64,000 bases of DNA from Candidatus Bathyarchaeota archaeon. Its GTDB lineage: Archaea; Thermoproteota; Bathyarchaeia; Bathyarchaeales; DTEX01. Below, piece by piece: positions 23,072 to 32,221 of this stretch (within the stretch, counting starts at the first letter, position 1; the number at the start of each line of letters is the position of its first letter). The stretch lies in the NCBI GenBank assembly GCA_963714275.1, contig CAVQNT010000006.1, forward strand, positions 352,001 through 416,000. Direction: 5' to 3'. A program made the translations under genes and the position numbers. The notes below the pieces were generated by a model. It saw only the letters and a program-made list of their open reading frames with translations, did not search any database and was not told the origin of the DNA.

Positions 23072-24137
23072 TTAACTGAAAAATCCCTTCAAAATCCTTA
23101 GAGCATTCAATGTGATCCATTTACTTTGTTTACCTCTTTGTTCGAGGTTCGTGCCGAAGTTTTTGTAAAAAGTTCCTTGAGGAGAAGGAAGGCTTTCCTG
23201 TTTCCACCTGCCGTTTTCGTCCTGCTTAGAAATCACTAAATCTATGGCTTCCTGCATACGTTCATCTCTGTAGCCAAGTTCGGTCAATACCAATAGAACC
23301 TCCAACGCATCCGTCTGCCATAAGAGGGGAAAGCCGAATTTCAGCCAGCTTAGGATTAGATATACGACTTAGATCGTGGCTTCTTTTGTGGACGTGATGC
23401 TTGAGCAGGTATTCCGCCCCTTTCTTTATGGTTTTTTTCATGTCCTTGGACCTTTTATTTGGGGGAATTTCTGCCAACGCCTTCAATGCTTTAACTACGC
23501 CCATGTGGCATGTATGTATGGAATGCATCCGAGTGTATCCCCAGCAATGTGGGTGACCTTGCCTGTCGTAAGGCCAACCCTTAAGCTCCTCGTCGATTCC
23601 GTCGTCGAACCGTTGATACGCAACGATCCATTCGATTCCACGTTGAACTCTAGGATCTCCCAAATAACCGAATCTGATTAAGCTCCAAACCATGTTGCCT
23701 GTTAAGCAGGGCAACACTCCATCATGTGATCCACCACCTGTTTTAGACTTAGATTCAGAAAAACCGCCACTTTCTCTGTCTTGAGAATTTTCGAGAATAA
23801 ATTCGCAGGCTTTTCTGATGCGTTCGTCCTTTCCTTCCGCTCCCAATTCTGCAAGAACAATGAGCTGCCAAATTGTCCCCCTGTACTTGGCTGTGTAGAA
23901 GTTTTCAGGAGTTTCCCAATGACTGTCGTTCCGTTGCTTAGCCAAAATTTTGGGCACAACACCTGTTAACATGATTTCCCGTTTTGCTTCTGTTACTTCA
24001 GGATCGTTCTCAGGCTTTTCTAGAATGTTGGTTAAAGCGAAATAACGCACGGACGGATTGTCTCTTTCTAGCAGCCACCCCGTTGAATCTCCCTTCAACG
24101 CAGACCTCCATTCGCCCATGTTTTTTGGCACATCCAA
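23072..24137 (-). CDS. Prenyltransferase/terpene-cyclase-fold (alpha/alpha barrel) protein; frameshifted
   Basis: WLLERDNPSVRY, QRFDDG and KQDENGRW QW-like repeats, ending SKWITLNAL. Confidence 0.7.
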
Positions 24138-24400
24138 GCCTTAGACCACGACAAATAAATGGACACTATTAAATATAGAATAAATAGTTATACACGATTT
24201 CTCGCCGAGAAAATTTTTTTTTCAATCATTTGACAAGAACTGTAATCTTGAGGATACCATAAACGTTTCAGAAAAGAATTTTGTTCAAGATTTTTGATTT
24301 TTTTGATGAACTAGATTTCGTTTTTTATATCTAGAGTGCTTAAGATTCAGGATTAGTTTGGTATGAAACCAATGCATAATGAGAATAGCAATTGCATCTA

Positions 24401-24600
24401 TTATTTTATTTGAACAACATTTTTGATGCCTTCAAAGTGGGGGTCTCCTGTCAGGATTTTTGACTCAGTAATTTTTGACACAGCTGATACGTAAGCGTAC
24501 GACAGTCCGAAATCCTTCTTGGTCTTCCCCACATTAGCATGTAATGTACCTGCATCCCCTGAGACTTCGATGTCAATATCCACGATAACCGAGTTGCCTG
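24401..24600 (-). pseudogene. C-terminal fragment of a VapC/PIN-domain toxin
   Basis: FGLSYAYV...ILTGDPHF is a PIN C-terminal motif. No N-terminal DT motif or antitoxin is visible. Confidence 0.55.
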
Positions 24601-24669
24601 TTTGAATATTATAGGCTGTTTCAGCGTTCCGCCCTTCTCGAATGGTCTAGCTCGACTGCTGGCTAGCAA

Positions 24670-24969
24670 ATGATCCTAAAAAAACAGGTTGAGCTAACGG
24701 TGGGCGATTTGTCAATCGCGAAAGAAAGACAACGCCATAGAGACCTCGAATGGATCAAGAAGCCAATTAACAATGATTCAGACGTCACTATCGGAGACCT
24801 CTCTATCGCACAAAAAGATAACAGGGGCTTAGACGAGTCTCACGAGGATCCAAAAGCAAGCGACATAAAACCGTGTACGTCGGAATCTCAGAGACTTCAA
24901 TGGGAACTTAATAAAGATTGGCGAGAGAAGCAACAAAAAGTTCAAGGGATAAAAGTCGGCAACAGATAG
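24670..24969 (+). CDS. Hypothetical protein or fragment with an internal repeat
   Basis: LTVGDLSIA / VTIGDLSIA repeated within 99 aa. Confidence 0.35.
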   Translation: MILKKQVELTVGDLSIAKERQRHRDLEWIKKPINNDSDVTIGDLSIAQKDNRGLDESHEDPKASDIKPCTSESQRLQWELNKDWREKQQKVQGIKVGNR

Positions 24970-25130
24970 ACCCTTGAAATCCTGATTAACGAAGACTCTC
25001 TTATCCGCTAAATACCTTAGAGGCGAACGACAGACTTGGATTCTTAGAATAGTAGAGCCTTTTGCTAGTGTTAGAAATAAACTAATAAATCATAATATAT
25101 AGTCAATTCAAATTTATAATAGGGAAGATT

Positions 25131-26513
25131 ATGTTAAAAAATACCTCCATCTACAATTTTAAAAGCATACAAAAAATAGAAACCTTGGAGCTTAAACCTT
25201 TAACTATACTAACGGGTGTCAACTCGTCAGGAAAAAGCAACATATTAGAAGCTTTATCTTTTTTTGCTCAAGCATCGCGATTTCGTGAAGTTTTTCCCGA
25301 TCGTAGACCAACCATGGAAGCTGTTTTTGTGGATAGTGAAATGAAAAGGTATCCGATCGAGATAGGAAAATTCATTGTCTTCAAGGGGAATGCAAATAAC
25401 TCGGTGACACTGGAAATTTCCACTGGATTGATTGATCCACTTGCTGACTATATTGGAGAGAAATTAGAAACAATCAAGAAAGCAGTTATTGTTTTCCCTA
25501 AAGGAATTACTAGAATAATTCAAAAATCATTACTCGAGACAGTCGGCTATTCTATCTCATTTAAACTATCTACCCCAATATCTTATTCACAAAGAATTTT
25601 AATTAATGGAGATACATTAATCGAAATAAATCAAATCTTGGGGGAAACTCCTGCCAGAGTAATTTTTCCTAAGGGTTTTGAGCAAACACAAGTTTTGTCT
25701 CAATTGAATGAGGTTTTCAATACTGAAGTATTTAGGCTACAAAAAGCTGATCCTCAAATTGATTTATTTGAGCTCACTGTTCTTTTTGATATTGCTCGTT
25801 CAATCCTTGAATATATCAAAAGTATTGCAGAAAAAATCTATTTCATATCTGGAGAAAGAGGTCAAATAAACGCAGAGGAGCGTATTAGGGATGACCAACG
25901 AGGGTTTCCACCATCTTGGATAGGTTTTAAAGGTCAACACTTAATGGAAATTCTATCTCGTTGTCATATACGCGACCCTGAGAAGTTCAGAAGAATTCAA
26001 GAATGGGGAGAGAAATTTCAGCTCTCTAATATCAGAGCAGGCTATACGGAAAGGAACATACTCGAATCCCAGTTTCTTGACGATACTATAGGAGTTAGCT
26101 TAAATTCTGCTTTGGCAGGACTTGGCTCTAGACAAATTTTATCAGTAATCACTCAGATCTTTTGGTCTGAACCAGATAGTCTTATCATGATAGAAGAACC
26201 CGAAATTAGTCTTCATCCGAAGAACCAAGTATTGCTACACGAATTGTTTGCTGAAGCAATCTCAGAAGGAAAACAGATCATTTGTTCAACACATAGCCCA
26301 TTCTTTATACTAGCCTTATCGAAGATAATTAAGAAAAAGCTACTGAATCTTGATGACGTTGCTGTATATCATATAAAGAAGGATTCCAAAGGAACATGTG
26401 TCGAACCAATGTCATTAAACAAACATGGATTCATAAAAAAGGGAGTACCTAACTTCATGGAAGTTGAAGAGGATTTATTCAAGGATTGGTCTGAAACTCT
26501 AGAGGAAAAGTAA
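25131..26513 (+). CDS. ABC-superfamily (AAA_15/AAA_21-like) ATPase, putative defence component
   Basis: IYNFKSI start, Walker A GVNSSGKS, signature-like GLGSRQ, Walker B MIEEPEISLHP and H-loop STHSP. Confidence 0.88.
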   Translation: MLKNTSIYNFKSIQKIETLELKPLTILTGVNSSGKSNILEALSFFAQASRFREVFPDRRPTMEAVFVDSEMKRYPIEIGKFIVFKGNANNSVTLEISTGLIDPLADYIGEKLETIKKAVIVFPKGITRIIQKSLLETVGYSISFKLSTPISYSQRILINGDTLIEINQILGETPARVIFPKGFEQTQVLSQLNEVFNTEVFRLQKADPQIDLFELTVLFDIARSILEYIKSIAEKIYFISGERGQINAEERIRDDQRGFPPSWIGFKGQHLMEILSRCHIRDPEKFRRIQEWGEKFQLSNIRAGYTERNILESQFLDDTIGVSLNSALAGLGSRQILSVITQIFWSEPDSLIMIEEPEISLHPKNQVLLHELFAEAISEGKQIICSTHSPFFILALSKIIKKKLLNLDDVAVYHIKKDSKGTCVEPMSLNKHGFIKKGVPNFMEVEEDLFKDWSETLEEK

Positions 26514-26514
26514 C

Positions 26515-26950
26515 TTGTCCTATATTCTAATTGATACTTGTGTCTTCCTAAGATTGCCAGCTGATTATAGACAAGCGTTCGAATGTTTCATGGTAACTTC
26601 CGATGTGATTGCTATAACGAAGGGGATTCTTAATGAGTATAAGTCTCGAGCATATACAAGCAAAATAATCCTACAAGCGTTTTTTCAAGCATTGGAGGCA
26701 AAGGACAAACTGAAATTCTTCAATCGAAGCTATATTGAATCTCGTATAAATCGATATCATAGAACCGTAAATTATCCTGTCCATAAACGCGATAAAAAAT
26801 GGATCAATGTAGCCATTGCAATTAAAAGCTACTTACATCATAAGTACTAACAGTCATCTACTAGATATTTCTCCAATTAAGATTAATGAAAAATTCGTGG
26901 AGACAGTTTTGCCTTCTCAATATACTGAAATACGTTGTCCTAGCTCCTAA
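26515..26950 (+). CDS. PIN-domain protein; frameshift near 26825
   Basis: ILIDTCVF N-terminus, RDKKWINVA, then a shifted frame ATYIISTNSHLL ending at TAA 26950. It starts 1 nt after the ATPase stop. Confidence 0.7.
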
Positions 26951-26986
26951 CTTGTCTACATACACAAAGTTGGGTATCTTATATTC

Positions 26987-27088
26987 TCGTGTATGTGTCT
27001 GTCTCTCTCTGTGTGCACTGTGTGTCACTCTGTATAGTGTGAGAGAGAGCGCGATAGCGCGTGAGAACGTTATTGCGTGCGTGTGCGG
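26987..27088. repeat. Low-complexity dinucleotide tract (GT/CT/GA/GC runs)
   Basis: GTGTATGTGTCTGTCTCTCTCTGTGTGCACTGTGTGTCACTCTGTATAGTGTGAGAGAGAGCGCGATAGCGCGTG...GCGTGCGTGTGCG. Confidence 0.6.
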
Positions 27089-27292
27089 GAGCAAGGGGAA
27101 AAAGGTTAAAATTTAATCCCTAAGCCTAAACTCTCTACAAAACCAGCGAAGCATAAATCATGTGATTTTACGGTTGTATGTCCATCAGCTATAAAAATCT
27201 AAAAACACAAAATTCTCTTCAGTCATTTTTATGGGTCAAACATTCTGAACCTATTTGAAGAGTTCATATGTTGAAATTAAATAGTTTCCAGA

Positions 27293-27583
27293 TTGTATAT
27301 ACACTGTATATACAGTTTAAGGAGAAACAAAAAAATAAGGCAGGTTTTCAGCATAAGAATCAACCCGGAAGTGTGGATGGCAGCCCATAAAAAAGGCTTA
27401 AATATCAGCCAGATTTGTGAACAGACCCTGAAAACAGCAGTTCAAAAGGGAGGAAACCTCGGAACCGTAGGTTCTGGATGGTGGACTGGGGGGGATTTGA
27501 ACCCCCGACCTCCTGAGTGCAAGTCAGGCGTTCATGCCAGGCTGAACTACCAGCCCAGTGCGTGTAACAGTTTCTGTCATTAA
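27293..27583 (+). CDS. RHH/CcdA-like ORF reading through the antisense strand of tRNA-Ala (possible Int(N) fragment of an SSV-type split integrase)
   Basis: VFSIRINPEVW..AHKKGLNISQICEQTL is RHH-like. The frame stays open across the tRNA (WWTGGDLNPRPPECKSG). Confidence 0.5.
   Translation: MYIHCIYSLRRNKKIRQVFSIRINPEVWMAAHKKGLNISQICEQTLKTAVQKGGNLGTVGSGWWTGGDLNPRPPECKSGVHARLNYQPSACNSFCH
27479..27556 (-). tRNA. tRNA-Ala(TGC), CCA encoded
   Basis: GGGCTGG/CCAGTCC acceptor stem with G3:U70, anticodon arm CCTGA-CTTGCAC-TCAGG, T-arm GGGGG-TTCAAAT-CCCCC, 3' ACCA. Confidence 0.97.
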
Positions 27584-27660
27584 AGGCTGAAACGGGCTAT
27601 TTTAGGTTTTATGATGGTGTGCGCGAAAAGTTTTTTATGCTACATTAGACAGTCTCGTTC

Positions 27661-28728
27661 TTGGTGTTTAGTGTGAAGGCGAAGAAGATTTTTTTCCCAC
27701 AGCCCCAACGGGCGGAAATCGTTGAGTACGAACTGGACGAGGCTCCGGGCGAGTATGAGCTGCTTGTGCAAACCTTGTATTCGATTGTGAGCTCTGGAAC
27801 GGAAGGAGCAAACTTCGCTAGATACGACCTTGAAAGCATAGACAGCAACTCGTGGATGAAGAATCCTGGCTACGGAAACGTGGGCAAAGTCTTAGCCATC
27901 GGAAAAAAAGTTAAGGATTTCAAGGTAGGCGACCTCGTGTTCAGCACCGAAAGACACTGTTCCAACTACATGATTGACACGCGATACGATCCTTCGAGGT
28001 ATTCACTTTTCATGACAAAGGTTCCCGAACAGTTGGACCCCCTGAAGGCTGTTTTTGCCCGTATCGTGGATGTTTCCATGAGTGCAATCCGCCAAGCAGA
28101 CCTCGGGATGGGAGACACCGTTCTCGTAATAGGACTCGGTATGGTCGGGAACTTCGCCACCCAACTGTTTCAGCTGGCTGGAGCAGACGTTTTAGCCGTT
28201 GACCTCGTTGATTTTCGCATTGAATGTGCAAAACAGTGCAGCATAAAAAAGACCATGAATTCGCGGAATTGGGACGATCTGAAAAAGGCGGTGATGGAGT
28301 GGACGGACGGTAAGGGAGCCCAAATCGTGGTCGAAGCCATAGGCTACTCGCCTGTTATCGCTAAGGCAGTGGGTTTCGCACGTTCTCATGGTGAAGTCAT
28401 ACTTCTCGGCAGCCCACGAGGCGAAGCGGTGATGGATGTGACTCCAATGCTTTCCGACGTTCACCTTCGGCACGTGACGATTAAGGGCGGGTTGGAGTGG
28501 CTGTGGTCGGTTCCTGAAAGTCCGCTTTATCATCCAAGCCGATTTACGAAAATGGGCAACTTGAAGCTGATTTTCTCTTACCTCAAGTCTGGAGCTCTCG
28601 TCACGGAACCTCTTTTGACCCACATTGTTCCACCTGAAAAGTGCCAAGAAGTCTATGAAGGATTAGCGGGAGGCATAAAAGGAACCCTGAAAACCACGTA
28701 CCTAGGCGTGGTCTACGATTGGACTTAG
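27661..28728 (+). CDS. Zinc-binding (MDR) alcohol/sugar dehydrogenase family
   Basis: SIVSSGTE, PGYGNVG and the Rossmann motif VIGLGMVG. Confidence 0.85.
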   Translation: MVFSVKAKKIFFPQPQRAEIVEYELDEAPGEYELLVQTLYSIVSSGTEGANFARYDLESIDSNSWMKNPGYGNVGKVLAIGKKVKDFKVGDLVFSTERHCSNYMIDTRYDPSRYSLFMTKVPEQLDPLKAVFARIVDVSMSAIRQADLGMGDTVLVIGLGMVGNFATQLFQLAGADVLAVDLVDFRIECAKQCSIKKTMNSRNWDDLKKAVMEWTDGKGAQIVVEAIGYSPVIAKAVGFARSHGEVILLGSPRGEAVMDVTPMLSDVHLRHVTIKGGLEWLWSVPESPLYHPSRFTKMGNLKLIFSYLKSGALVTEPLLTHIVPPEKCQEVYEGLAGGIKGTLKTTYLGVVYDWT

Positions 28729-28774
28729 GTTTCAACTCATTGCCCACATTTTTTTTGGAGAAAACAAGCTGAAA

Positions 28775-29630
28775 ATGTCGCAAAGTTCAACAGACAAAGA
28801 GCTAACAGCTTGTCTGAAAAAGGTTTTTTCGAGCATCAATTGGGACATGGATAGTTTAGAGCCTTTCCTCAAAGCCGTAGGCATAATGAATCCAAACGGA
28901 AAGCTGTATGCGGAACGGGAAAAAAAGTTATACGAAGTCATCTACTTTTCAAGCCACATTGCCTTATGCGTTGACAAAATTTCGCGAAAGCGAGACACGG
29001 TTATGTTGGACTGCGGCTGCGGACGCTCATACCTTCCGTTCTTCCTGAATTATGTTCTAAAGGAAAAACGGAGAAACGTATCGTACATGGGTGTCGACGC
29101 AAACGCAAAGCTTGTTGAAAAGTCGGTTCAAACAGCAAAAGTCCTAGGCTATATAAATATGGAATTTTTTAAAAGCAGCATAATCGGGTTCGAACCGAAA
29201 CAAGAACCAAACATCGTGTGTGCACTTCACGCGTGCGACACTGCTACTGACGAAGCTATAACTAAAGGCGTAGAACTGAACGCAAGGTTCATCGTCGCCG
29301 CGCCTTGTTGTCAACGCCAAATCGTTAGGCAGCTGAAATAATGTCTCAGAAAAGGTTCCGCAAATAAAACCGTTTGTCGACTCAAAGATTTCTAAAGAGT
29401 ACGTTGGCGTCGCTCTCACCGAAACATTAAGGAAACTCGCGCTTGAAGGCTTCGGCTACAAAGTGGACATGTTCGAATTCGTGTCCATGCAGTACACTCC
29501 CAAAAATATCATGCTTCGCGCAGAAAAAATCCGAGGATGGAACGCTGCAGTTTTAAAAGAATTCCAAGACCTTAGAGACTACTTCAACCTTAAACCAAAA
29601 ATCCAAGAATATCTGCCCCAACTAAAATAA
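28775..29630 (+). CDS. SAM-dependent methyltransferase (Methyltransf_32-like); frameshift near 29340
   Basis: LDCGCGRSY, ALHACDTATD and APCC. A shifted frame has FEFVSMQYTPKNIMLRA and ends at 29630. Confidence 0.8.
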
Positions 29631-29650
29631 ATAGAGACCATTTCGATGGA

Positions 29651-29753
29651 GGCCGCTGCTGGGATTTGAACCCAGCCTCCAGGCTCCACAGGCCTGTTCG
29701 CTACCAGGTTCCGTGGAATTTTGCTTAAGATTTTCCTCTACGTTACAGCGGCC
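29651..29753 (-). tRNA. tRNA-His(GTG) with encoded G-1 and a 29-nt D-loop intron (29709-29737)
   Basis: G-GCCGCTG/CAGCGGC-C acceptor, anticodon arm CAGGC-CTGTGGA-GCCTG, T-arm CTGGG-TTCAAAT-CCCAG. Removing the insert restores the D-loop AGCCTGGTA. Confidence 0.88.
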
Positions 29754-29840
29754 ACATACTACTTTCAGTTTAACTTGGTTGTGTATTCCAGATGTTAGCC
29801 TTTAATATCAATGTTGATTATATAGGTTTGGCGGTTTTGG

Positions 29841-30299
29841 ATGAGCGAGGTTTCCGAGGCTGAGATTGAGTCCCAGCTTAAGGGAAAAACCCTTCTAGTC
29901 TACTGGTTTCTGCTTAAATCTCATGAGTCGCCGGTCGGCGTCCGCGAGATTCAGCGTGGACTTGGGTTTTCGAGCCCCAGCGTTTCCGCTCATCATTTGA
30001 ACAAGCTTCATTCTTTAGGATTGGTCGAAAAGACGATTCAGGGAGAGTACATTCTGGCACGCGAGGTAAAAGTCGGCGTGTTAAGATTTTTTACGAGATT
30101 TGGGAAGTTCATGGTTCCCCGTTACCTTTTCTACTCAGTGTGGTTCTCCACGATGTTTCTGGTTTATCTGATTCTCTGTTTCACATTGTACGGTTACAGC
30201 GGCAGCATACATAACCTCGTAGCCATCATTTTCGGATTTGCTGCGTGCGCTATATTGTGGTACGAGACGGTCAGGCTGTGGAAAGAAAAACCTGCGTAA
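29841..30299 (+). CDS. Membrane-anchored wHTH transcriptional regulator
   Basis: VGVREIQRGLGFSSPSVSAHHLNKL HTH followed by two hydrophobic helices. Confidence 0.8.
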   Translation: MSEVSEAEIESQLKGKTLLVYWFLLKSHESPVGVREIQRGLGFSSPSVSAHHLNKLHSLGLVEKTIQGEYILAREVKVGVLRFFTRFGKFMVPRYLFYSVWFSTMFLVYLILCFTLYGYSGSIHNLVAIIFGFAACAILWYETVRLWKEKPA

Positions 30300-30367
30300 A
30301 ACTAATCCGAAACATTATATCTTTAGATTCCCATTTTGCTGTCAGAACGAAAAGAAGGTTGATTTGA

Positions 30368-31153
30368 ATGAAGTTGTCTGTTCAAGAAAACCTTGTTCCC
30401 GGAAAAACCATTCCTGAAAAACTCCGCAGCATCGAAAAGTATGGATACGAAGGAGTCGAAGTTAGCTGCGGCGTGATGCCCCAAAAATTCGATGAAATAA
30501 AAAAATCGTTGCCTTCCTCAAAGATTAAGTTCTCAACTGTGTGCGGAACACCAAACGGTCTCCTCGGACCGGACAGAAAAACGCGTGAAGCAGCGATAGA
30601 AGGAACGAAAAGTCTGCTAAAAATGTGCGCTGACCTTGACGGCGTAGGTGTCATATGCGCCCCGATTTTTGGAGGTCCCCAAATATCGGACTTGTATCCT
30701 TGGCAGCCCGATGTTAGGCAGCTCGAGAAAAACATTCTCGTGGAAGAGTTCAAGATTCTAGGCAAGACCGCTGACGACTTAGGCGTCTACTTGATGTTGG
30801 AGCCGCTCAACCGTTACGAAACCCACCTCGTCAACAGGCTTGAACAGGCAGTCGAAATAATCGGAGAAGTTAACAGGGAACATGTCCAGATTATGGCGGA
30901 CTTCTTTCACATGAGCATCGAGGAAGCGGACATCACCTCCAGCATAGAAGCAACCTCAAACCACATTATCCACATTCACCTCGCGGACAGCAACAGGCTG
31001 CTTCCAGGACACGGACATACAGATTTCGAAAAACCGTTTCAAGCCCTCAAGAAGGCTGAATTCAAATATTATATGGCTTTGGAATGCGGTGTCCCCGGAG
31101 ACCCTAATATAACTTTGCCTGAATGCACAAAATTCCTTAGGCGCTTCATGTAA
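30368..31153 (+). CDS. Sugar phosphate isomerase/epimerase (AP_endonuc_2 TIM barrel)
   Basis: LEPLNRYE, DFFHMSIEE and HIHLADSNRLLPGHGH. Confidence 0.88.
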   Translation: MKLSVQENLVPGKTIPEKLRSIEKYGYEGVEVSCGVMPQKFDEIKKSLPSSKIKFSTVCGTPNGLLGPDRKTREAAIEGTKSLLKMCADLDGVGVICAPIFGGPQISDLYPWQPDVRQLEKNILVEEFKILGKTADDLGVYLMLEPLNRYETHLVNRLEQAVEIIGEVNREHVQIMADFFHMSIEEADITSSIEATSNHIIHIHLADSNRLLPGHGHTDFEKPFQALKKAEFKYYMALECGVPGDPNITLPECTKFLRRFM

Positions 31154-31170
31154 AGTTATGGAGGAATGAC

Positions 31171-32184
31171 GTGGTGGCTGACAAACTTCGAGTCGGATTC
31201 GTGGGTTGCGGAGGAATCGCTGAATCTCATCTCAAAGGACTCGTCAACAACCCGTTTGTGATGCTTTCAGCGTTTTGCGACGTTAACCTTGAACGAGCTA
31301 AAACCGTGGCACAAAAATACGACCAAGGAGCATCAGTCTACAATAACGCAGAAGCCATGTTCAACGCAGTCGAGCTTGATGTTGCATATTTCTGTGTGCC
31401 ACCCTTCGCTCACGGCGTAGAATATAAGGCGATTGAACGCAGCATTCCGTTTTTTGTTGAGAAACCCCTTCACTTGGACCTTAATCAGGCGAAACTCATC
31501 GCTTCCGCGGCAGCAAAAAAAGGGATTCTTACAAGCGTTGGCTACATGAACCGTTACCGAAAAGGCGTGCAGAGAGTCCGAGATGTGCTTAAAGAGGACC
31601 CACCGATTCTTCTGCTCGGGGGCTGGATAAGCGGTTCACCAAAATTCGATTCTTCTGCTCCAATTTTTGGCTGGTGGGTCGAAAAAACCAAAAGCGGAGG
31701 ACAAATTCACGAGCAGGTGACGCACACGTTTGACCTTGCACGTTTCTTCTGCGGAGAAGTCTCGGAGGTTCATGCCTTTCCCGCTAAGGGCTTCAACAAG
31801 GGAACGCCACCAAACTACACAATCGAGGACGCAAGTGTGGTTAACCTGAAATTCCGCAACGGAGCAGTCGGCAACCTTTGGGCTTCATGCTCAACCAACG
31901 CTGGAGACGGCGAAATTAGTTTAAGGATTTTCGCTTTTAGGACGACTGCTTTGTTTACGAAGTGGGAGCACAACCTGAGGCTGCTTCAGGTGGACAAGTG
32001 GCACGAAGAGTATCCGGGCGAACCAAACATCTTCGAAATTGAGGACAACAGTTTCATAGATGCCGTCCGCTTAAACGATGCCTCAAAGATACTATGTCCA
32101 TACTCCGACGGATTGAAGACACTTGAAGTCACATTAGCAGTCAACACTTCGATGGAAACGGGACAGCCAGTCAAAATATCTTAA
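31171..32184 (+). CDS. Gfo/Idh/MocA family oxidoreductase
   Basis: GFVGCGGIA, FVEKP and GGQIHEQVTHTFD. Confidence 0.9.
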   Translation: MVADKLRVGFVGCGGIAESHLKGLVNNPFVMLSAFCDVNLERAKTVAQKYDQGASVYNNAEAMFNAVELDVAYFCVPPFAHGVEYKAIERSIPFFVEKPLHLDLNQAKLIASAAAKKGILTSVGYMNRYRKGVQRVRDVLKEDPPILLLGGWISGSPKFDSSAPIFGWWVEKTKSGGQIHEQVTHTFDLARFFCGEVSEVHAFPAKGFNKGTPPNYTIEDASVVNLKFRNGAVGNLWASCSTNAGDGEISLRIFAFRTTALFTKWEHNLRLLQVDKWHEEYPGEPNIFEIEDNSFIDAVRLNDASKILCPYSDGLKTLEVTLAVNTSMETGQPVKIS

Positions 32185-32221
32185 AAGAATTTCAACAAAA
32201 ATTTTTACTATTCTTAATAAA

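Noticed and set aside
23072-24137. Nitrogenase-related (NifH) label sometimes attached to this family
   Set aside because: No P-loop or NifH cysteine motifs; the sequence fits a prenyltransferase-like barrel.
26861-27116. ORFs 26861..27094 (-) and 26886..27116 (+)
   Set aside because: They are translations of the dinucleotide tract and overlap the frameshifted PIN tail.
1-27478. Second att copy of the tRNA-Ala 3' end defining a single 27-kb element
   Set aside because: No repeat of TGGTGGACTGGGGGGG was found by eye in the window, and 18.4-24.1 kb looks like ordinary metabolic genes.
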